A DNA stretch of 32,410 nucleotides, taken from assembly GCA_052387475.1 (NCBI GenBank), contig JBQTJD010000835.1:1-32410 (forward strand), written 5' to 3'. Of this stretch, positions 1 to 6,588 are shown in pieces. The notes beneath the pieces were generated by a model, which did no database searches, was not told the origin of the DNA, and saw nothing but the letters and a program-made list of their open reading frames with translations. Each line of letters opens with the position of its first letter. Positions within the stretch are counted from its first letter, which is position 1. The position numbers and the translations under genes are program-made. The stretch is from Anaerolineales bacterium. Lineage in GTDB: Bacteria > Chloroflexota > Anaerolineae > Anaerolineales > UBA6663.

Positions 1-4
1 GCGC

Positions 5-490
5 GTGCTGGTCGCTGGGATGGGCAACGTCCTGCGGCGCGATGATGGTTTTGGGGTGGAGGTGGTGCGCCGCCTCGTCAGTGGCAACGGCCTGCCCACC
101 GGAGTCGAAGTCATTGAAGTGGGCATCGGCGGCATTCATCTCGTGCAAGAGTTGATGAGCGGCTACGACGCGCTGGTGTTGATTGACGCGGTGGAGCGCG
201 GCAGTCCGCCGGGAACGATGCATCTGCTGGAGGCCGAAGTGCCCGACCTGATTGCCTGGCCCGAAAACGCGCGCGGCGATTTTCTGGCAGACACGCACTA
301 TGCCACGCCGTCCAAAGTCCTCATCCTGTCGAAAGCCCTGGGCGTCCTGCCGCTCAAGGTATTCATCTTTGGTTGCCAGCCGGAGACGTATGAAGAAATG
401 GGCATTGGCCTGAGCGAGGCGGTCGCCCCGACCATCGACCAGGCGGTCAAACAAGTGCTTGAAATTGTCGAACGATTGCGGAGCGCGTGA
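5..490 (+). CDS. [NiFe]-hydrogenase maturation endopeptidase (HybD/HoxW/HycI family). The true start is possibly just upstream of the window.
   Basis: The N-terminus LVAGMGNVLRRDDGFG matches the family motif (xxLGxGNxLxxDDGxG), and the size (~160 aa) fits. hypC follows immediately. The frame is open to the window edge, so the GTG at 5 may not be the real start. Confidence 0.8.
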   Translation: MLVAGMGNVLRRDDGFGVEVVRRLVSGNGLPTGVEVIEVGIGGIHLVQELMSGYDALVLIDAVERGSPPGTMHLLEAEVPDLIAWPENARGDFLADTHYATPSKVLILSKALGVLPLKVFIFGCQPETYEEMGIGLSEAVAPTIDQAVKQVLEIVERLRSA

Positions 491-493
491 GCC

Positions 494-742
494 ATGTGTA
501 TCAGCATCCCCGGCCAGATCGTAGAAATCATTGACCCGGTTCATCGCCTCGCACACGTTGAGATTTCAGGGCAGAAGCGGATGGTGAATTTGGGCCTGTT
601 ATCCCCCAACGAGGGTATGGTTGGGGAGTGGGTATTGGTGCAGGCGGGCCTGGCAGTGCAACGGATCAGCCCGGACGAGGCGCATAGCGCTCTCGAATTT
701 CTACGGGAACTCGATCAACTCTACGAGGAGGCAAAATCATGA
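494..742 (+). CDS. hypC: Hydrogenase assembly chaperone HypC/HupF
   Basis: It starts MCISIPGQIVEI (the canonical N-terminal Cys of HypC), is 82 aa long, and contains GEWVLVQAGLAV, equivalent to the [11 protein letters not shown] motif. Its stop overlaps the next start (ATGA). Confidence 0.85.
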   Translation: MCISIPGQIVEIIDPVHRLAHVEISGQKRMVNLGLLSPNEGMVGEWVLVQAGLAVQRISPDEAHSALEFLRELDQLYEEAKS

Positions 743-1647
743 AACTCTCTGACAAGCAAGGCATTCTTTGGGCGCTCGGCACGGCGCTCATCAGCGGGGT
801 CTCAGTGTACGTCAACAAGTTTGGCGTAGCTCAGGTGAAAGACCCCTTCATCTACACCAGCCTCAAGAATACCGTCGTCGCCCTCGGGTTTTTAGCAGCG
901 GTGGCTCTCTTATTCAGTTGGCGCGAGCTGCACACCTTCACGCCGCGCCAGTGGGCGGGCTGGGTTGGCTTGGGCCTGATCGGCGGCGGGATCCCATTCC
1001 TGCTCTTCTTTCAAGGCCTAGCCACCGCCAGCGCGCCCAGCGCCGCGTTGATTCACAAGACCTTATTTCTCTGGGTGGCCTTGCTGGCGGTACCGTTCCT
1101 GAGTGAACGGTTAGGTTGGTGGCAGATCGCCGGGCTGGGCGTATTGGCCGCCGGGCAATTCCTCCTCCAGCCACCGTCCGCCTGGGGCTGGGGCAGTGGC
1201 GAAACCCTCATTCTAATTGCAACTCTGCTGTGGGCAGTCGAGACCGTCCTCGCTAAAAAGGTGCTGGTCGGGATCAGCGCGCACACCGGCGCGTTAGGAC
1301 GCATGGGCATCGGTGCGCTGATGATGTGGGGCTTCCTCACCCTCACTGGGCGGGCCGGGGAAGCGGTAGCACTGACGGGCACACAATGGTTCTGGGTGAC
1401 GATCACCTCCGTCTTCCTGATGGGCTATGTGTGGACGTGGTACAGCGCGCTCAAAGCCGCTCCGGCGGTGCTGGTCACGAGCGTCCTTGTGCTGGGTGCT
1501 GTCATCACCGTCTTGCTGACTGCCCTCCTGGAAGGCAAGGGCGCGACGGCGCCACAAATTGGGGCGATGGTCTTGATCGCGCTGGGCGCGGCGGCCTTCG
1601 CTTGGCGACCCCGCCCGTCACCGACTCAGGCCACGGGGGCCGCATGA
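739..1647 (+). CDS. DMT-superfamily (EamA-like) membrane transporter
   Basis: The 302-aa protein is very hydrophobic with about 10 predicted TM segments in two halves, typical of EamA repeats. It is translationally coupled on both sides (ATGA overlaps). Confidence 0.7.
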   Translation: MKLSDKQGILWALGTALISGVSVYVNKFGVAQVKDPFIYTSLKNTVVALGFLAAVALLFSWRELHTFTPRQWAGWVGLGLIGGGIPFLLFFQGLATASAPSAALIHKTLFLWVALLAVPFLSERLGWWQIAGLGVLAAGQFLLQPPSAWGWGSGETLILIATLLWAVETVLAKKVLVGISAHTGALGRMGIGALMMWGFLTLTGRAGEAVALTGTQWFWVTITSVFLMGYVWTWYSALKAAPAVLVTSVLVLGAVITVLLTALLEGKGATAPQIGAMVLIALGAAAFAWRPRPSPTQATGAA

Positions 1648-2459
1648 AACTGAATGGCGGACTCATGCATCATCCCCCGACCTCTGCTCTTGATGACAGG
1701 AGTGTTGTTATCGGGAGAGGAGGAGACATCGGGGCGCGGTTGCTCGATGGCCCTCAACTCTTCGCCCGCTATGCCTTCATGCCCAACCGGCTGACATACT
1801 GCGGCGGCGACGACAACACAGCCCTGTTCGACTATTGCCAGGCCGGAGTCACCGATCCCGGCCTGTTGGGGCTGCTGCGGAAGTTCTCCGGCGCAGTGCC
1901 CTATCTGCGGTTGATTGCTCAATGCAACGTGATTGCCGACCCGTTTGATCGGCGGGTGGTGGAGGCCTACTGGCTCGGCAACGAATTACTGGAAGGCGTC
2001 GAGGCGCGCGCCCTTCACGACTCACTGCGCGAGCGGTTTGCGCGGCAGATGAAGGCCCGCGATCTTGACCTGGTGCTGGGCAAAGCGCCGGCCGGGGCGC
2101 ATCCGCATCATAGTTTTCACGTGTTGGAGGTCTGCCCGCGCAACGGCTGGCCGCAGGCGCTCTCGTTCATGGACAACTGCCGCATCAGTTGGGGCCGAGT
2201 AACCGCCGTGAACGGCGCGACGCTGACGGCCGAGGTCAAGCCGCTGAAGATCGAAGGGCACAACCTCGCGCTGGGGTTGCCAGAGAACCGAACGATCAAC
2301 CGGCAGATCGAAGGTCGTGGGTTCGTAGACACAGTGCGACCCGGCGATTGGATTTCCATTCACTGGGGCTGGGCCTGCCAGGTGCTCAGTCCGAGGCAGG
2401 TTGAGAATCTGGAAGGCTGGACTCGGCGCCATCTCAAGATCGTTAATCAGACATTGTGA
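1644..2459 (+). CDS. Conserved hypothetical protein: unknown N-terminal domain fused to a C-terminal HypC-like OB-fold domain
   Basis: The ATG at 1644 overlaps the EamA stop. The upstream part of the 1326 ORF overlaps the EamA gene out of frame and is rejected. The C-terminal segment CRISWGRVTAVNGATLTAEV...GDWISIHWGWACQVLSPRQVENLE parallels HypC (MCIGVPGQI...[25 protein letters not shown]). Confidence 0.6.
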   Translation: MKLNGGLMHHPPTSALDDRSVVIGRGGDIGARLLDGPQLFARYAFMPNRLTYCGGDDNTALFDYCQAGVTDPGLLGLLRKFSGAVPYLRLIAQCNVIADPFDRRVVEAYWLGNELLEGVEARALHDSLRERFARQMKARDLDLVLGKAPAGAHPHHSFHVLEVCPRNGWPQALSFMDNCRISWGRVTAVNGATLTAEVKPLKIEGHNLALGLPENRTINRQIEGRGFVDTVRPGDWISIHWGWACQVLSPRQVENLEGWTRRHLKIVNQTL

Positions 2460-2465
2460 AGGCTG

Positions 2466-2737
2466 ATGCGCTCAATCAAATCGCTCGACGACCTGCAACC
2501 GCTGTTGGATTTTTACACCGGCTCGATGGGCGAACTGCCGGGCCGATTGATGGTGGCGTCTCGTTGCTGGCCGACATCGAATACACCGACGGCTGGGCAC
2601 AGGCCGCACCGGAAGCCCGCCTCAGCGTCCAACTGGCCGGGGCCATCACCGCCGATGTATTCAAACGCATCGTGGCGGCGCAACCGGAAACGGGCTTGAA
2701 AGCCGAAGTCGAAGCGATGTTGGCGAAGTGGACGTAG
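2466..2737 (+). pseudogene. Small ORF of unknown function with an apparent -1 frameshift near 2538-2556
   Basis: The ATG at 2466 has an AAGG Shine-Dalgarno 4 nt upstream. GC3 is high in the frame of 2466 until about 2540. After that it is high only in the frame of the 2456 ORF (IDGGVSLLADIEYTDGW...KWT), which ends at 2737. Confidence 0.4.
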
Positions 2738-2760
2738 GGCGATGGCGGAAAGAGCGGAAG

Positions 2761-3054
2761 ATGAAATTTCTGGTGCTGTGGTCGTTGGAGGTCAAATTGC
2801 TTTCCTCGGAAATGATGAAAGCCGTTCTGCGCCAACAAGATCACGCTCAGAAGTTGGAGGCGGAGGGCAAACTGGAGAAACGCTATCACGTCGTCGGGCG
2901 GCACGGCGGGGCGTGGATTTACAACGTGGCCTCCAACGAGGAGCTGGATCGGCTGTTGGCTACCTCGCCAGTGTACAACTTCGCCCACTACGAGGTCTAT
3001 CCGCTCGCCGAGATGAGCGACGAGGCCGCCGTGATTCATTCGACGCACACGTGA
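2761..3054 (+). CDS. Muconolactone delta-isomerase-like (MIase family) small protein
   Basis: MKFLVLWSLEV...EGKLEKRYHVVGRHGGAWIYNVASNEELDRLLATSPVYNFAHYEVYPL follows the ~95-aa MIase ferredoxin-like pattern. The internal ATG at 2761 is preferred over 2728. Confidence 0.55.
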   Translation: MKFLVLWSLEVKLLSSEMMKAVLRQQDHAQKLEAEGKLEKRYHVVGRHGGAWIYNVASNEELDRLLATSPVYNFAHYEVYPLAEMSDEAAVIHSTHT

Positions 3055-3070
3055 GCCTTAGGAGAGCCTA

Positions 3071-3403
3071 ATGATTTCATTGATGCGTGCCATGCGAATA
3101 GCACGCGAGGCGCGCGGGTGGACGCAGGCAGAATTGGCTGCGCGGCTTAAAGTCTCGCAAGGCACAATTTCATTTTGGGAGAACGGCATCGAAGTGCCGT
3201 CGCTCGAACATCAAGTGCGGCTGGTCGAAGCCCTGCCGGAAATTCTGACCGACCTGGCCGCGCAGGAGTTAGGTCTGCTGGATCGTGTCCAGGCGCTAGA
3301 GCGAGCCGTCTTCAGCGGCAAGTGCGGGTGTGAGGGGTGCAATTGCTCGGCGGAGACGCCGGTGACTCCGGTGAGCGTCGCCGCTCGTCAGGGTGAGAGT
3401 TAA
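3071..3403 (+). CDS. XRE-family helix-turn-helix transcriptional regulator with a Cys-rich C-terminal tail (CGCEGCNC)
   Basis: WTQAELAARLKVSQGTISFWENG is a classic HTH_3 motif. The tail CxCxxCxC lies at residues 85-92 (nt 3323-3346). Confidence 0.8.
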   Translation: MISLMRAMRIAREARGWTQAELAARLKVSQGTISFWENGIEVPSLEHQVRLVEALPEILTDLAAQELGLLDRVQALERAVFSGKCGCEGCNCSAETPVTPVSVAARQGES

Positions 3404-3407
3404 TTTT

Positions 3408-3436
3408 TTGTTCCGCGATATTAGCGGACTTATAAA
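3408..3436 (+). promoter_or_regulatory. Candidate sigma70-type promoter/operator upstream of the first CooC-like gene (TTGTTC-17 nt-TATAAA)
   Basis: This is an AT-rich block in a GC-rich genome. About 34 nt (3403-3436) recur with high identity at 4341-4374, upstream of the second paralog (ATTTTTTG..GCG.TATTAGCrGACTwATAA). Confidence 0.35.
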
Positions 3437-3445
3437 GGTGAGGCC

Positions 3446-4222
3446 ATTAAAATCTTAATCTCTGGCAAAGGCGGCTCGGGCAAAACCACCATCGCCGGAA
3501 CACTGGCCCGCATCCTGGCCCGGCAGGGCCATCCGGTGCTGGCCATTGATGGCGACAGCAATCCCAATCTCGGCATTGCGCTGGGCGTCGCGCCGGAAAC
3601 GGTCAATGCCATGCCTGCCCTGCCACGCGACATGTTGCAGGAAGTTGTGGACGAGGCGGGAGACAAATCACAAGTCCTCAGGGTCAGCGTGGCGGAGATT
3701 GCGGCGCAGTATGGCGCGACCGCGCCCGACGGCGTTCGCTTGCTGGCGATGGCCCGCCTCGACCATGCGGGCGCGGGTTGAGCGTGCCGCGCTCATGCTA
3801 CGGTTCGTAGCATTCTGGCCGCGCTGCAGAGTTCAACCACTGAGATGATTATCACCGATATGGAAGCCGGGCTGGAACACCTCAGCCGCTCCACCACCCG
3901 CGCCTCCGACGTGATGCTGGTGGTGGCCGAGCCGTATTATCGTTCGTTGGAGACGGCCGGCCGGGTGAAACAAATGGCCGCCGAGTTGGGCATCCCCAAA
4001 ATCTGTGCCATTGCCAACAAAGTCCGTACGCCCGCCGACGTGCAGGCCGTCCAAACGTATTGCGAGAAGCATAGCCTAGAAATTCTGGCCACCGTGCCGC
4101 ACGATGAAAAACTGATTGCGGCCTCGCAAATCCCGCAGTCGCCACTCGACTTTTACCCGGAGTCGGAAGCGGTGGTAGCGGTGATGGAACTGGCGGCGAA
4201 ATTGCGGGCGATGATGAATTGA
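3446..4222 (+). CDS. CooC/AcsF-type P-loop metallochaperone NTPase, putative selenoprotein (UxC in place of CxC). It has a non-canonical ATT start.
   Basis: The two track ORFs 3536-3781 and 3845-4222 are in the same frame, joined by the TGA at 3779-3781. The family motifs present are:
- Walker A: ISGKGGSGKTT.
- DGDSNPNLG.
- GAG-[TGA]-A-C-RAHATVRSIL, which aligns to the CxC nickel motif.
- DMEAGLEHLSR.

No ATG, GTG or TTG lies between the upstream stop (3422-3424) and the P-loop. ATT AAA ATC at 3446 aligns with ATG AAA ATT of the paralog at 5226. An AAGGTGAGG Shine-Dalgarno lies just upstream. Confidence 0.75.
3795..3813 (+). promoter_or_regulatory. SECIS-like hairpin downstream of UGA 3779-3781
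   Basis: ATGCTACG-GTT-CGTAGCAT forms a perfect 8-bp stem. It begins 13 nt after the UGA, and GUU sits in the apical loop. Confidence 0.6.
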
Positions 4223-4345
4223 GGCGACGGGCGATTACGAAATCGGCTACTGGAACGATTTGCCCCTGTGGCAGATGGCCGCCGACACACGCGCCCACCG
4301 GGTCACAGCCCGCAACCCGAGTTGCAAGAGTAGAACGCCTATTTT

Positions 4346-4374
4346 TTGCGTAGCGTTATTAGCAGACTAATAAT
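4346..4374 (+). promoter_or_regulatory. Candidate promoter/operator upstream of the second CooC-like gene (TTGCGT-17 nt-AATAAT). It contains the palindrome TTATTAG-CAGA-CTAATAA.
   Basis: It is a near-duplicate of the 3403-3436 block, and the AT-rich dyad at 4356-4373 lies 25 nt before the ATG at 4399. Confidence 0.35.
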
Positions 4375-4398
4375 CACCTTGCTTCAGCGAACTAAACG

Positions 4399-5229
4399 AT
4401 GTTCGACTCCTCGCCCCCGGTCAACTCATTGCGCGTCGCTCTGGTAGGCAAAGGCGGCGTGGGCAAGTCCATGATTTGCGGCACGCTGGCCCGGGTACTC
4501 GCCCGCCGCGGCCACCGCGTCCTCGCTCTGGATGTGGATACCCTGCCAGGTCTGGCCTTATCACTCGGCCTGAGTCTCGATGCGACCGGTGATGCAGGAC
4601 TGCCGGAAGAGTTGGGCGAGCGGGTTGAGGGGCGTGGCTGGGTGTTGAGGGAGGGTGTGGACATGGCGGAACTGGTCGCCCAACGTTCTATCGCCGCGCC
4701 CGACGGCATCCGTTTCCTGCAACTGGGCAAGTTGCCGGGACGTGTGAAACCGGGTTCGACTACCGCCTTCCGCGCCGTGTTGGAAAGATTCCGTGAGGAG
4801 GGCTGGAGCCTGATTGGTGATTTGGCTGCCGGGACCCGCCAGCCCTTCTTCGAGTGGAGCAATTTCGCCGAGGTGGTGTTGGTGGTGGTCGAGCCTTCCG
4901 CCAAATCCGCGTTGACCGCACGCCGCCTCGCCAAGCTAGCGGATGAACGAAAGACCGAGGGAGGCGAGACGCGGCCCCGGCCTCTGGTTGGATGGGTGGC
5001 GAACAAGTTGCGTTCGGAAAAAGACCTGCAATGCATTGAGCGCGCATTGAACGGGCATCAACTGCCGCTGCTCGCGGCCCTGCCCTACGACGAGCAGTGC
5101 GCGGCCGCCGAGCGGCTTGGTCAGGCCCCCATAGACGTTGTGCCAAATGCTGCGGCGATCGTTGCGATTGAGAAACTCGCGACGTGGCTTGAGCAACGGT
5201 CACCGATATCGAAAGGAGTTCTCCAATGA
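4399..5229 (+). CDS. Degenerate CooC/MinD-like P-loop NTPase paralog lacking the CxC metal motif
   Basis: The Walker A motif is LVGKGGVGKS. Two family motifs are replaced: DxDxNPNLG by DVDTLPGLALSLG, and DMEAG by GDLAAGTRQ. No Cys or TGA occurs at the CxC-equivalent position (GRVKPGSTTAFRAVL). The stop overlaps the next start (ATGA). Confidence 0.7.
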   Translation: MFDSSPPVNSLRVALVGKGGVGKSMICGTLARVLARRGHRVLALDVDTLPGLALSLGLSLDATGDAGLPEELGERVEGRGWVLREGVDMAELVAQRSIAAPDGIRFLQLGKLPGRVKPGSTTAFRAVLERFREEGWSLIGDLAAGTRQPFFEWSNFAEVVLVVVEPSAKSALTARRLAKLADERKTEGGETRPRPLVGWVANKLRSEKDLQCIERALNGHQLPLLAALPYDEQCAAAERLGQAPIDVVPNAAAIVAIEKLATWLEQRSPISKGVLQ

Positions 5230-5978
5230 AAATTGCGATTGTCGGCAAAGGCGGCGTGGGCAAGACGACCACGGCTGGCACGGTTGCGCGCCTGATGGCG
5301 CGGCAAGGGCGAGACGTCATTGCGCTGGATTGTGACGCGAACCCGAATCTGGGGCTGTCGCTGGGCCTCTCGGTGGAAGAGACGGAGCGCCTCGCGGCCA
5401 TTCGTCAGTCATTGGATGCGGAGGATGGCGACAAGGCCGAGCACGCCCCGACCGTGCCGGAGATTCTGGAGCGCTTTGGGACCTGGGCGCCCGACCGCGT
5501 GCGGCTGGCGGTGGTGACGAAAATTGACCACTTCGACCCCGGCTGTCCTTGATGCGGCATCTCGGCCGAGCAGTTGCTTGGCGAAATGACCGCGACCAAT
5601 GGCGACCGGGTGGTGATGGCCGACATGGAGGCCGGGCTGGGGACGTTGAGCCGCATGACGGAAGGCCAGGTGGACTTTGTATTGGTGATCGCCGAGCCGA
5701 CGGCGAAGGCGCTCGAGGTGGCCCAACGAGCCGTCGTGCTGGCGCGCGAGCGCAACGTGGGCCAGGTCGTGGTAGTCGCCAATCGCATCCGCAACGCGGA
5801 GAATTTGGAGAGGGTGCGAAAGGCGTTGCCGGACGAGGAAATTATCGTCGTGCCGGAGGATCCGGCGATTGAAGCCGCCGACCGGGAAGCTGTCGCCCCG
5901 ATTGATGTCGCGCCCGACTCGCCGGGCGTGCAGGCGTTTGCGGCGGTCGCGCGTCGGTTGTTGGAGCGCGTCAACTAA
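5226..5978 (+). CDS. CooC/AcsF-type P-loop metallochaperone NTPase, putative selenoprotein (C-P-U-C motif)
   Basis: The track ORFs 5226-5552 and 5574-5978 share a frame, joined by the TGA at 5550-5552. The motifs present are:
- MKIAIVGKGGVGKTT.
- DCDANPNLG.
- DPG-C-P-[TGA]-C-GISAEQLL.
- DMEAGLGTLSR.

The distance from the TGA to DMEAG (23 residues) equals the distance from the second Cys of CxC to DMGAG in CooC1, as I recall that sequence. Confidence 0.8.
5565..5582 (+). promoter_or_regulatory. SECIS-like hairpin downstream of UGA 5550-5552
   Basis: GCCGAGC-AGTT-GCTTGGC forms a 7-bp stem (one G-U pair). It begins 12 nt after the UGA, and the loop contains GUU. Confidence 0.5.
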
Positions 5979-5989
5979 AGGAGCAATCT

Positions 5990-6586
5990 ATGGACGACTC
6001 AACACTTGAATCTGCCCGTGCCTTTCACGGCCACAACTGCCCCGGCCTCGCCATCGGTCTCCGCGTCGCGCAAGTCGCACTGCGCGAACTGGGGCCGCAC
6101 TCACAAGAGAACGAGGTCACCGCCATCGTCGAAAGCGATATGTGAACGGTGGATGGAATCCAGTCGTTGACTGGATGCACCCTCGGCAAAGGCAATCTCA
6201 TTTTCAAAGATTACGGCAAGCACGTCTACACCTTTGTCCGAAAGTCAGATGGCAAGGCCATCCGCGTGGTGGGTCGCCCCGAGTATTGGAACGAGCGCAC
6301 ACCGGAGCATCAGGTTCTTCAGGCCAAGATGCGCGCTGGCCCCCTCACGCCGGAGGAGCGCGCGCGCTTCCTGGCCTTGCAGGAAGAACGCTCCCACCAG
6401 ATTCTCGAAATGCCGGAGGAACATTTGTTGGCGATTCAACCCACCAAGGCGCACCTGCCAAAAAAGGTGCGTCAGGCGCACTACCTGCTCTGCGACCAAT
6501 GCGGTGAACTGACGTTGGAATCACACACGCGCCGTCTGCAAGACCAGACCGTGTGCATCCCATGTTTTGAGAGCAAGGGAAGTTAA
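5990..6586 (+). CDS. FmdE/FwdE-family protein with a C-terminal zinc ribbon, putative selenoprotein
   Basis: The ATG at 5990 has an AAAGGAG Shine-Dalgarno. AFHGHNCPGLAIGLR is the FmdE signature. The in-frame TGA at 6143-6145 falls in VESDM-[TGA]-TVDGIQSLTGCTLGKGNLIFKDYGK, where family members have (E/D)xDxCxxDAIQxxTGCTxGKGNL. The C-terminus carries CDQCGE...CIPCF. Confidence 0.8.
6158..6176 (+). promoter_or_regulatory. SECIS-like hairpin downstream of UGA 6143-6145
   Basis: ATCCAGTC-GTT-GACTGGAT forms a perfect 8-bp stem. It begins 12 nt after the UGA and has the same GUU loop as the hairpin at 3795. Confidence 0.6.
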
Positions 6587-6588
6587 GG

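Noticed and set aside
1326-1643. The long N-terminal extension of the 1326-2459 ORF.
   Set aside because: It overlaps the well-supported EamA transporter gene in another frame and has an Arg/Gly-rich nonsense-like composition. The ATG at 1644 forms an ATGA coupling with the EamA stop.
3536-4222. Treating 3536-3781 and 3845-4222 (and likewise 5226-5552 with 5574-5978) as separate small genes, as listed in the ORF track.
   Set aside because: Each pair is in the same frame. Neither half is a complete domain: the Walker A motif lies upstream of 3536, and the DMEAG switch region falls in the second half. Only the joined products match the full CooC family layout.
3779-6145. The in-frame TGAs might reflect a reassigned genetic code (TGA as Trp or Gly) or be simple nonsense mutations that split the genes.
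   Set aside because: TGA is used as a true stop by many genes here, including two in the same cluster (4220-4222 and 5227-5229). Codes 4 and 25 also occur in low-GC lineages. Three independent nonsense mutations landing exactly on conserved metal-ligand Cys codons, each followed by a similar hairpin at the same offset, are far better explained by Sec recoding. Pseudogenisation cannot be fully excluded without the rest of the genome.
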